DNA from: an uncultured Verrucomicrobiae bacterium
GTDB taxonomy: Bacteria > Verrucomicrobiota > Verrucomicrobiia > Limisphaerales > Palsa-1400
DNA: 64,000 nt
Direction: 5' to 3'
NCBI GenBank assembly: GCA_963702845.1
Contig: OY969763.1
Span: 4,128,001-4,192,000, forward strand
Below the pieces are notes generated by a model that was given only the letters and a program-made list of their open reading frames with translations, was not told the origin of the DNA and searched no databases. Shown here one piece after another: positions 38,228-48,638 of the stretch (within the stretch, counting starts at the first letter, position 1; each line of letters starts with the position of its first letter). The position numbers and the translations under genes are program-made.

Positions 38228-39910
38228 ATGAAGTGGAGTTTGACCCTTATTCTATCGTTGTTTGTCGCAAGTATTGCGATGGCCGCTGGTCCGGATGAAC
38301 AGTATGTCGCCATTTATGATCTGATCCAACAGGGCGATTCTTTCGGCAAGACGCAACCGCAGATGGCCGCGCAGAAATATCAGGAAGCGCAGACGCAGCT
38401 CAAGTCTCTGCAAAACGTCGCGCCTAATTGGAACAAGGAAGTCGTCTCGTATCGCTTGAATTACCTCGCTGAGAAAATGCAGGAATTCGGCAAATACGTT
38501 CCGGCAGAACCCGTAGTCGCGGTCGCGACAAACGCAGTTCCCGCACTACCGACCCAGCACAGCCTGGAACAGCAGTTGAACGGTTTGCAGCAACAGGTCG
38601 AACAACTTTCCTCAGACAAATCGAAGCTCGAAGCCAAACTGAAAGAAGCCCTGTCCGCGCAGCCAGCAGCCGTTGACCCGCAAGAATTGGCCAAAGCAGA
38701 AGTAAAAATTACCGCGCTCACCAAAGAACGTGATTTGCTCGCGGCGACCTTGGAGCAGGAAAAACAGAAATCACAAAGCGCGTCCAAGTCGAACGCCGAT
38801 CCGGAAGTCGCTGCGCTGCGCCAACAACTCGCCGCGGCCAAAGACGAACTGGCCAGTTTGAAAACACAATCGCAGCAGGACCACGCTGCGCTCCTGGCCC
38901 AGATTGCTCAACTCAAGAGCTCCGAACATTCAACGACTCCGCAAGTCACGCTCGCGGAATCCGAGCAAATGAGCGCCCTGTCGCGTGAACGTGAAGATCT
39001 CAAGAAACAGGTCGACAGTTTGACCAAGGAACTCGCCGATGCCGAAGCCAAACGCGACGAGGATGTGCTCGCCGCAAAGAGCGACATTGAAAAAATGCGA
39101 GCCGAACTGAAAGAGGCCCAGGCACAACGCGCGCAGCTCGAACAACAAATTACGGCGCTTAAAAACGAGCAACCCAACACGCAAAACAACGGGCGCGTGG
39201 CGGAGTTGCAACAGCAAGTGGTTCAGTTGACCGACCGCATTGCTGTTTACGAAGCCAAGCCGATCGCCCGCACGCCGGAAGAACTCGCGCTCTTTAAGAA
39301 AGCGGATGCTCAACCTGGCCCTGGCCTTAAGATCGTGCACTCCGTCAAAGATCTTTCCGCTGACTCCCGCGGCTTGATGGCCGAAGGTCAGCGCCTTTAC
39401 TTGGTGAAAGATTATGCAAGCGCCGAAACGAAGTTTCGCGACGCCATGAAAGACGATCCAAAAAACATCTACGTCATCGCCCACATTGCCAACGTCCAAA
39501 TGACCTCGGAAAAATACGACGCTTGCGAACAGACGTTGAAGCAAGCTCTGGGCGTCGATCCCGATGACGCCGCATGTTTATACATCCTCGGCAAACTCCG
39601 TTTGCGTCAGGATAAAGTCGACGAAGCACTGGATGCATTGAGCCATTCCGCTCGTCTCAATCCGACGAATGCGATGACCGAAAACGCCCTGGGCAATGCG
39701 CTCAGCCGAAAAGGCATGCGCCAACCCGCCGAGACCGCCCTGCGCAAAGCTCTCCAAATCGAACCCGACTACCCCGACGCCCATCACAATCTGGCCCTCG
39801 TCTATGCCACCGACACCCCGCCTTCCGTCGAACTCGCCAAGTGGCACTACAAGAAAGCCACTGATGGCGGTTTTCCAAAGGACCCGGATCTCGAGAAGTT
39901 GTTGAAGTAG
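38228..39910 (+). CDS. Secreted coiled-coil + TPR protein
   Basis: Signal peptide MKWSL..., long heptad region, about 5 C-terminal TPRs. Confidence 0.85.
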   Translation: MKWSLTLILSLFVASIAMAAGPDEQYVAIYDLIQQGDSFGKTQPQMAAQKYQEAQTQLKSLQNVAPNWNKEVVSYRLNYLAEKMQEFGKYVPAEPVVAVATNAVPALPTQHSLEQQLNGLQQQVEQLSSDKSKLEAKLKEALSAQPAAVDPQELAKAEVKITALTKERDLLAATLEQEKQKSQSASKSNADPEVAALRQQLAAAKDELASLKTQSQQDHAALLAQIAQLKSSEHSTTPQVTLAESEQMSALSREREDLKKQVDSLTKELADAEAKRDEDVLAAKSDIEKMRAELKEAQAQRAQLEQQITALKNEQPNTQNNGRVAELQQQVVQLTDRIAVYEAKPIARTPEELALFKKADAQPGPGLKIVHSVKDLSADSRGLMAEGQRLYLVKDYASAETKFRDAMKDDPKNIYVIAHIANVQMTSEKYDACEQTLKQALGVDPDDAACLYILGKLRLRQDKVDEALDALSHSARLNPTNAMTENALGNALSRKGMRQPAETALRKALQIEPDYPDAHHNLALVYATDTPPSVELAKWHYKKATDGGFPKDPDLEKLLK

Positions 39911-39914
39911 AGCG

Positions 39915-40772
39915 CTACTTCTTTCCGTACGCCTTAACGAAATCAACGCACTCCTTAACTTCAGGCACCGAGTGAAGCCAGTTGTATTCGTATTCGATGG
40001 AAATGTTTCCCTTGAAACCCTGGGCTTTGAGTTCGTCCAAGATTTCTTTGATGCGACCGCCGCCTGTGCCGTACGGAACGTCGTGGCCTTCGTGACCCTT
40101 TTCGTTTTTATCTTTGAGGTGACAGCTAATGACGCGGCCTTTGAGAATCTTGATGCCTTCGAGCGGATCAAGGCCAGAGGTTTGCCAATGACCCGTATCG
40201 GCGCATGCACCAATGCGTTTGTCACGATCTTTGACGACTGATAGAACGTAGTTGGGATCCCAGACTTTATAGTTCGGGTTATCGTCGCGGCGGGCGTGCT
40301 CGTGGATGCCGACGTGGATATTGTATTTTTTAACGAGCTTTTCAACGAGGTCGAGATCCTGGACGGATTCGGTGGTGATACCGTAGAGGCCCATCTTTTT
40401 GGCGAACTCAAAAATCTTGCGCCAGTCTTCGGGATTTTTGCCGCCGACGACGCCGTAATTAACGGCGCGAATCTTGTGCTTCTTCAGCTTGGCCTTGAGC
40501 AGCTTGATATTGGCATCCGACAGATTATGGTCGAGACTTAACATCGGGCTGATCAGCACTGAGTTTTTGGCCTGGAAAAAATTCGATGCACTTGCCTCCG
40601 GCTTCAGCAGTTTTTTCAATGGCTTCAAAGGTCGTGAAACGATTGAAGGTGTAAGCCTGGCAGCCAATGGCGAAGCCGCTGATCTTAGAGCTATGGGGAT
40701 ACTATTTTCAGCGCGAGCTGCGACTGCGGTGACAACGCAGGCCAACAGAACGCTAATAAATACATTCTTCAT
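39915..40772 (-). CDS. Sugar phosphate isomerase/epimerase (xylose isomerase-like TIM barrel); two compensating frameshifts at about 40695 and 40535
   Basis: The alternate frame reads GFAIGCQAYTFNRFTTFEAIEKTAEAGGKCIEFFPGQKLS; downstream IHEH, DTGHW, HLKD, SIEYE. Confidence 0.88.
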   Translation of the reverse strand: MKNVFISVLLACVVTAVAARAENSIPIALRSAASPLAARLTPSIVSRPLKPLKKLLKPEASASNFFQAKNSVLISPMLSLDHNLSDANIKLLKAKLKKHKIRAVNYGVVGGKNPEDWRKIFEFAKKMGLYGITTESVQDLDLVEKLVKKYNIHVGIHEHARRDDNPNYKVWDPNYVLSVVKDRDKRIGACADTGHWQTSGLDPLEGIKILKGRVISCHLKDKNEKGHEGHDVPYGTGGGRIKEILDELKAQGFKGNISIEYEYNWLHSVPEVKECVDFVKAYGKK

Positions 40773-40816
40773 GCCCGACGTTAGTGGAACGGCGCGCGTC
40801 GCGGCAATGATTTTAG

Positions 40817-42946
40817 TCAGGCTTTTGACAATTCGATATAAAACCGGCTGCCTTTGCCGAGTTCGGATTCGACGCCGACTCGCCCGTTCATCCTCTCAAC
40901 ACAGCGACGAACGATAGCGAGACCAATACCTGTCCCAGGATAGCGGCCTTTTTCTAGGCGCTCGAAAACCCCGAAGATGCGGCTGTGGTAAGCGGGGGCG
41001 ATGCCAACACCCTTGTCTTCAACCCAGATGCGAACGTAGCCGTCGGCCACTTGCTCAGAATAAAGGCGAATGTCTGGTTTGGCGTTTGGTTCAACAAACT
41101 TGATCGCGTTCGAAAGCAGATTCATGAGCGCCTGCCACAGAGTCGGTTCATGGGCCATAACAGACAGCCGGTTCGATTCGACGTGCAGAGAGCCATGCGA
41201 ACGAAGGATTTCCGGTTCAAGTTGCACGCGGATTCTGTCGAATAAAGAATTAATGCTTACGGGTTCAAGCGCGGACGGCGTTCCGCGGCTGATTTGACTA
41301 TACGCTAATAGATCTTTGATGAGTCGGTCCATTTCTTCGGCGGAGCGCATGATTCTGTCGACATAATTGTTTGCGTTCGCGTCCAGTTGTGCAGCGTATT
41401 CTTCCTTGAGGATTTCGGCAAAACCGCGCATCGATCGCAACGGTGCCCGCAAATCGTGTGCAACAGAATAGACGAAAGCTTCCAACTGAGAATTGGTTTC
41501 CTTGAGTTCGGATGTTCGTTCTTCGACGCGGCGCTCCAATTCGCGGTTGAGGTTCTCAATCTGTTCCCGCGCTTTCTTGCGTTCCGTGATGTCTCGCACC
41601 GTGCCCGTGAAAAGTCGTCCAGATTCAGAACGGATTTCGGCGAAGGAAATTTCCACGGCAAACTCGCTGCCGTCCTTGTGCAACGCGGGCAACTCGACTC
41701 CAGTCCAGGGGATATGACGTTCGCCAAGGGCAACATAACGAGAGAGACCGTGCCGATGACGCTCACGCATGCGCTCCGGCATCAGCATGGTCATTTCTTT
41801 CCCGAGCATCTCTTCTCGCGCATAGCCGAAAATCCGTTCCGTGGACGGATTGACTGAGACGATGGTGCTTTGCTCGTCGATCACAATGATGGCATCGCTT
41901 GCGGTCTCGGAAATCGCGCGATGACGCTGTTCGCTTTCGCGCAAGGCCGCGCCCCGCCGCAACAATTCCTCGCGTTGACGCACCAAATAAGCGGTGAAAG
42001 CAAACAGGACAAAGCTCACAACATTCCGGTCTGCGGCGTCAACACTGACGTATTGCTGCCCAGGGTCGTTTCGAACTGCGGGGTGGTTTGATAATGGATC
42101 GTCCAATCGTGCTGGGCGGGATGTAGAACCCGGGTCGTGCTGAAGAGCGGAGCGGATGAAGTTGGCCGGTCGGTTTCGTATAACAATTGGTGAGGGTCGA
42201 TTTGTGGGCCATCGTAAATCGCCCAGTGCAGACGCATGTCCGGCTTGTTACGAACGATGCCTTTGAAAAAGTCCTCGCCTCTGAATGCGGCCATAAACGA
42301 AGCCGCGCACCTCCTGGGCTCCGTGCGTCAGGTTATCAGGCAAGGCTCCGTCTGCAAAAACTGTTGCGTAGATCAAAAAACCTGGTTGTTTTTTTTGCTC
42401 CGTTTCCTGGACGAGAGTGACCCGACCGGATGCCGCCGAGCCGTTCGTCATCGCTTGTAACATGGCAGCCCGGCGCACCGGTTCTGAAAACATGTCGTAG
42501 CCGATAGCAACCTGATTTCGGCGATCCTGAGGTTCCAAATAAAGGATTGGAAACAGGACATTGGTCTGGCCGATCGGATGAATGGTGAAATTTGTTTGGC
42601 CACCAGCCCGAATTCGTTGCTCGAACGCCGCGCGTTCGGCTGCGAGAATTTTTGGAGCGAAACCTAGGCCTTGGACATTCGGATAGAATTTAGACAATCG
42701 AAGCCGACCGACGCCGGTAGCAAATTCATCGCGGCTGATATTTGGCTTGGTGGCAAACATTCCCGCAGCAGTCCGGACGATGGCGATGAAGTTGTCGAAT
42801 TCGTCGGAGATGCGGTCGTCCACTTGATTAACCGCATCATTAAAATGCGATCGGTTTCTTGCCCGCAATACAGTGGTAAGGCGCCAGCTGGCACCGAAAG
42901 TAAACGTCAGCAAAATGCACAAAACCAACGGCGGCAGTAGTCGCAA
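40817..42946 (-). CDS. CHASE-PAS sensor histidine kinase, split by at least 2 frameshifts
   Basis: AIGYDMFSEPVRRAAM (CHASE) in 42248..42946; bridge ORF 42016..42294; PAS, AHDLRAPL, NLLSNAIKF, GTGIGL in 40817..42106. Confidence 0.85.
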
Positions 42947-43018
42947 CTGTACGCTTCTTCAAATAGCGAAATAACGCTCACGCAATGTATCCCCGAAAGG
43001 CCCAATAAAAAACCTATC

Positions 43019-44301
43019 CTACTTTCCGGATAAGTCGAAGCAGGCGGCTTCTTTGGTGCTGCGAACGTAGAGGCGGCCATCGCTCAGAGCGGGCGCGTTC
43101 CAGCACTTGCCGGTGACAGCTTCGAACTTTGCGATCTCGCTGATACGACCTCGGATCGGCTCGCACCAACGACAACCTGACCGGCATCGCCGAGAACAAT
43201 CAGCGTGTCACCGGCGAGAATCGTTCCGCCGGGGCCAAAGCCTTCTTGCGACCAATGAACATTGCCGGTGGAAAGCTCAACGCATTTCAATGGGCAGGTG
43301 CCGAATTCTTTGAAACCGAACAGGCCATAGAGAAAACCATCACGGACGGTGGGTGTGCTCCAATGATTGTTGATAACGCTCGCCGGTTGTTTCCAAAGTT
43401 CGGTCGAGGTGAATTTGTCGCCCGATTTGCTGATACGATAGGCGGCGGAACCAACTTGATAACCGGCCGAGCAATAAACGATGTCGCCGACGACGAGCGG
43501 ACTCATCGCGGTCGAGACATTGAAATGGAACGGCTGTTTCCATAGGATTTTGCCAGTCTTCTCGTCGACGGAGACGAGACCGGACTTGAGGAAGAAAATG
43601 ACTTGGCGCGTCCCAGCGATCGTCGCCACCGTCGGAGTCGAATGAGTGATCGTTTCGTTTCCCACTTTCCATGCAACGCGACCGGTGCCTTGGTCAAAGG
43701 CGAGCAGGGACTGTCCTTCCCCGCCACCAGCCATGAACACGAGGCCGTTGTCGATCACCGGCGACGCGGCGTTGTTCCAATGGATATTTTGACCCGCGAA
43801 TTCTTTGACGAGGTCGTGTTTCCAAATTTGCTTGCCGGTTTTTGCGTCGAAACAAGCGATGGCGAGATTGGCGCTGGTCGCGAAGACGTGGCCGTTGGTG
43901 ATCGCCGGAGTGGAGCGCGGGCCATCACCGCCCTTATTTTCGCCTTTTCCGGAGTTCGCTCCACCGCCGCCATGTTCAAGAAAATTGGCGACACCAAAAG
44001 GCTGCCCCCAAATTTCCTTGCCGGTTTTGGCGTCGAGCGCGAGGCAGATTTCCTGTTCCGCCCCGCCGATTTCACGGAGGGTCATCGTCGCGGCTATGCC
44101 ATTGCCGATAGCGAAGGAACTGAAACCACCGGGCGTCGGGTGTTGCCACAACTTGCGCGGGCCGCTCGACGGAAATTTTGCGACGACCGTTTCGGTGCTG
44201 ACGCCGTTGCGCGTCGGGCCGAGGTATTGCGTCCAGTCGGCGGCTTGCGCGGACGCGGTGAGCGCGAGCGCGAACGAAAGATTAAGCAATTGGCGCAGCA
44301 T
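43019..44301 (-). CDS. PQQ-like beta-propeller repeat protein; 2 frameshifts near the C-terminus
   Basis: ADWTQYLGPTRNG, GPRSTP, repeated D-x2-TGK-x2-W. The true end KCWNAPALSDGRLYVRSTKEAACFDLSGK* is in another frame (stop 43019..43021). Confidence 0.88.
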
Positions 44302-45080
44302 GATTTTTCTTCAGCCGTTGCAGCAACTCCTCGGTCAGGACTTCATAGGCTGCTGCGCCGGCGCTGTATTTATCGTAGTGGATAATTGGTTTTCCGAAAC
44401 TCGGGGCTTCGGCCAATCGCGTGGTGCGGGGAATGACGGTGTCGAAAACGGTATCTTTAAAATGGTCGCGGACGTCGCTGACGACTTGCGCGGAAAGGCG
44501 CGTGCGGGAATCGAACATCGTCATGATGACGCCGAGGAGTTGCAGGCGCGGATTGATGCCGCTGTCGCGGACCTGGTTCAAAACGCGATGGCTCATCGAG
44601 ATTCCTTCGAGCGCGTAATATTCGCACTGGAGCGGAATCATCAGGAAATCGGACGCGGCAAAAGCGTTCAGCGTCAAAATGCCAAGCGACGGCGGGCAAT
44701 CGATCAGGACAAAATCGTAACGATTTTCGGCGATGATCGGCTGGAGCGCCGTGGTCATGCGCTGGAGATGGTTTTCGGCGCGGGCGATTTCAATTTCGGC
44801 GCCGCACATGTCGACTTCGCTGGGGACGATGTCGAGGCGTTCGAAAGCAGTCGCTTTTATTTTTTCCGTCGAGCGTCGTTGAGCCGAGCAGCGCCTGATA
44901 TGAGCTTGCGCCTTCGATTTTGTCGATGCCAACACCGCTGGTGGCGTTGGCCTGGGGATCGAGGTCGATGAGCAGGACGCGTTTGCCGACTTGAGCAAGG
45001 CAGGCCGAGACATTGACGGTGGTGGTTGTTTTGCCCACGCCGCCTTTTTGGTTGGCCACGGAAATTACTTTTGTCGGCAC
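44282..45080 (-). CDS. parA: ParA/Soj family ATPase; frameshift near 44865
   Basis: [12 protein letters not shown] and [11 protein letters not shown] in one frame; [35 protein letters not shown] in the next. Confidence 0.9.
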
Positions 45081-45106
45081 GGTGGGATTAAACGCAATCC
45101 ACGGCG

Positions 45107-45300
45107 AGTTCAAAGTTCAAAGTGCGAACGATGGTTTTCAACGGCTTTCCGTTACCCCAACGCACCATCCGTTGTTCCCAACGCGTCTTCCTTGGCCCCA
45201 ACCGATCGCCGGAAAGGTTCATACGCGCCATCCGTTGGCCCAACGAGCCATCCGTGAAGCCCAACGAGGGTCCGTTGGCCCCAACGCGCCGTCCGCAGAA
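45107..45300. repeat. Degenerate ~21-bp tandem array (about 8 units) with internal palindrome, preceded by (AGTTCAA)2
   Basis: Units start at 45128, 45149, 45169, 45190, 45209, 45232, 45252 and 45272; consensus about CCGTTGGCCCCAACGCGCCAT. Confidence 0.8.
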
Positions 45301-45375
45301 CCCCTCATTTTATCGCTAAACGCCTAAAATATAGAAACATAGGACTAAAACAAAGGACACATATGTCACGACGCG

Positions 45376-46026
45376 TCAGTCGAAGAGCAGTTCGCCTTGG
45401 GACGGTTTGGCTGGGGGAGGAGGTGCGCCGTCGGGGACTAATGGCTTGCTCGGGGCGGCTTGCAAGATGGCGGCGTTTGGGTATTTGAACAGGTGTTCGA
45501 TCTGGTCCTCGGTCGTGACCGGGTCGAGCCAGGTGTCGTACTCGTCGGGCCGAACGATGAAGGGCATGCGTTTGTGGAAGGGGCTGACGACTTCGTTGGC
45601 GGCGGTGGTGATGATCGTGCAGCACGGCACTGGCGGTTTGTCAGGCATGGTCCATGAATCGATGATGCCGGCAAAATAAAATGGTTCGTGATCGGGAAAG
45701 GTGAAATGGAACGGCGTTTTGCCCTGCCATTCGTAGAATCCGTCGGACGGCATCAGGCAACGGCGTTGGAGGACGCTTTGGCGGAAGGCGGGTTTCTTGA
45801 GAATGCCCTCGCATTGAGCATTGATAATCGGGGCTTTGGACCAAACGGGTTGCAGTCCCCAACGGATTTCTTCGCTGATGAGTTTACCGGCAATGATGTA
45901 GATGATCGGAACGGTTTGAGTAGGCGCGATGTTGTAGCGTTCCTTCAAAAAAATCTGCAACTCCTCGTGCGAGAAGCGCGAGGCGAAGCGGAGTTGTTTC
46001 TTAGTTAACGTGTAACGGCCGCACAT
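45376..46026 (-). CDS. SOS response-associated peptidase (SRAP/YedK/HMCES, abasic-site crosslinking)
   Basis: N-terminal MCGRY, YNIAPT, RCLMPSDGFYEW, HKRMP. Confidence 0.93.
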   Translation of the reverse strand: MCGRYTLTKKQLRFASRFSHEELQIFLKERYNIAPTQTVPIIYIIAGKLISEEIRWGLQPVWSKAPIINAQCEGILKKPAFRQSVLQRRCLMPSDGFYEWQGKTPFHFTFPDHEPFYFAGIIDSWTMPDKPPVPCCTIITTAANEVVSPFHKRMPFIVRPDEYDTWLDPVTTEDQIEHLFKYPNAAILQAAPSKPLVPDGAPPPPAKPSQGELLFD

Positions 46027-46033
46027 ACGAACA

Positions 46034-46060
46034 ATGCTAAAGCTAACGGCTAAATGCTAA
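46034..46060 (+). repeat. Short 6-7-bp-period array (GCTAA x4)
   Basis: atgctaa agctaa cggctaa atgctaa immediately upstream of the SRAP start. Confidence 0.55.
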
Positions 46061-46141
46061 AGTGAACGCAACAATTCCGCACGTTGGAAAGGCTTGCCAT
46101 GGGCAATCGGCAGGTTCACTCTCGCGACCAGGAGAGGTTGC

Positions 46142-48517
46142 ATGAGGACACGATGGATTCTACTTGTATTCGCTTCGATTTCGATCTTTGCCGTGTTGTG
46201 CCCGTCCTCACGGGCGGCGGATGAACGGGCTGCTTTAGAGAAAAAGCGTCAGGAGTTGCGGGCCAAGGGTTTTAAAACCGATCTTTCCGATTTCAACTTT
46301 TCCGCAACGCCTGATGAGTTCAAGCGATCACAATTGGTCAAAACAATTGACCCGCATCTTTGGGCGCGTGCGAACGCCCGTGGCATCAGCGCCTCGTTCA
46401 CCGGCTTGAAATTACGGACGCTGGTCACGTCAAACACCGTGTTGGTCTTTTGGAATTCGCCGTCGATCGGAGATAGCGATTCGCAGGAAAGCGACTGGCA
46501 ATCGTTGCAAGAAACTTTTACAGAACACGGGACGCAATTGGACGAACTCGCGCAATCAATGGCAAAAGGTCCGTATGCATTCGACCTGCAGGCGCGCGCC
46601 GGTAACTCGATGTTGTTACCGCATGTCGCGCAAATCAAAAGTCTGACGCAAGCATTTGCAGCGAGAGCGATGTTGGAGTTGCACGACGGACATGCCGATG
46701 CGGCATGGTCGAATCTACTGGCTGCGACAAGGCTTTCTACACGGTGGCGCATTGAACCGGTGGAGATCTCATACATGGTCCGGTACGCATGCGCGACGAT
46801 TGCCTTCGATGCAGCATGGCAGGCATTGCAAACCAACTGTTGGAATGACGAACAATTGCTCGCGCTCCAGAAAGAATGGGAATCGGTAAATTGGTTTGCT
46901 GGACTTGAAGAGATGGCCGCGTTCGAAGGTGCGTCGGCGGCAGATATGTGCCGAATAGACCGGACTAATTCGCTGAGCCTGAAAATCCCGTTGCAGGACG
47001 CGCTGCGCCATCCCACATACGCAGTCGAGGAGGTAAAGTATTATCGGCAGCAAAAGGATTATCAGGAGCACGGCTCTTACGACGATGAGAAGGGTTTGTT
47101 GGAGTTCTTCTATCAACGGCAGCAAGAGACTCGACGCGCGCTCGAAGGCAAGACGTGGACAGAAATGCAACAGATGCCGGGCGTGATGAACTTTTCGGAA
47201 TTCCAATCGAAGCACCGGTCGCGTGTGCAGTCTCAACTGAATATGAAATCTGTGCGACATAGGGCGTTCTCGTTGAACGGGCAGCCGCAAACCATCCTCG
47301 GACGCGCCGCCGACATGGTAGCGCGCTGCCGGGTGTTGGTCACGGCTGTTGCGTTGGAGCGATATCAACTTCGACATCACGAGTATCCCGCGCGTCTGAC
47401 GCAATTGGCACCGGAAGTTTTAGACACGGAGCCGTTGGATTTTTGCGATGGGAAACCATTGCGCTATCAACCGACACAACCACGTTACGCTTTGTATTCG
47501 ATAGGTCTCGACGGAGTCGATGATGGCGGTGCGCTCGTCGATCATACGTCGCGAGCGTTTCGGGAAGCGGAGCGATTGAACAAGCATGAACCCGAAGATA
47601 TCGTTTGGCCTCGACCGCCCACGGGCGATGACATGCGCGAGCAGAGAGAGAACTGGCGCGACAAAACGAAGAACATCTGATGAAGGGGATCCAGTGGCGA
47701 CGCCGCGCTGCGTTGGAAAACAAAGCGCATGTGGAGGAATTGAGTCGATTGTTTGGCAGGCCAAGAATTCAGATGACCAATGAACCGAAGTATGCGGGAC
47801 GTCCGCTGAAAGGGCTGCTCGGCATCAGAAATGCACTCGGCCGCACGAACGCGAGTCTCGAAGAACTGTTGACACTGAAACAGGTCAAGACGGAGCAGGA
47901 ACCGGAGGTCGTCACGTTTGAGTTACCGATTCAGTACCGATGTCATGACGAATCTGGGTTCGCTGCGGTTATTGATTGATCCAGAAGCGCGCCGAGCGGT
48001 CCGCGCGCGGGACACTGAATCGCCGGCCGATCCGGAGTTTCATCGCGTGATCCAAGGGAGCAACGGGTTGGCCAGGATTGAATGGAGCACGATTTTTATA
48101 CCCCCAGGAAAGCACTTTCTAATGACGGAGTTCACAGTCGAAGGACGGACTTATTCGCGAGCGAACTCACGAACCTTTTCGGAAGAAGAAAGTTACGTCG
48201 TCCATGGACCAATGGTGCCGTTTGAAATAACAAACGTTTGCTACTTCGACATCGTGTCCACCACTTACGACCCGACAAATGGTGGGCCTTTGTATGCGTT
48301 TATCGCTGAATCGAACGCGACTTACACCGCAGAGTTAAAAGCGCCTTCCGGCCAGCACATCCGAAGTTTCAAAGGCACAACGACGAATGGAGTAATCGAT
48401 ATTCGCTGGGATGCAAAGGATGAACAAGGTCGGTATTATGGAAGCGGATGGGTGGACACGTTTTTCGATATCACGCTGACCGATTCCGGACGTCACCAGA
48501 AACTCAAAGGACCGTGA
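46142..48517 (+). CDS. Secreted hypothetical protein with GspG-C-terminal-like motif; probably continues through 47680..47979 and 47918..48517 via frameshifts
   Basis: Signal peptide; ALERYQLRHHEYP-x2-L...DFCDGKPLRY...LYSIGLDGVDDGG. Downstream ORFs abut or overlap in an indel-rich zone, so the join is inferred. Confidence 0.55.
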
Positions 48518-48638
48518 GACTTCGGTTGACACACGCAGGCATCAAGAACGCAACCCGCCACTCATCCCGCCTTCTGCAATCGCCGACCTTATCTCCGGGC
48601 AGGTCAGTTGTTTTTCGAACGCGGGTGCGATGGTCCGT

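Noticed and set aside
45128..45300. CRISPR array
   Set aside because: Units are contiguous and degenerate with no unique spacers, and there are no cas genes in the window.
46027..46141. LexA box upstream of SRAP
   Set aside because: Only a GAACA half-site is present; there is no TGTTC-N4-GAACA dyad.
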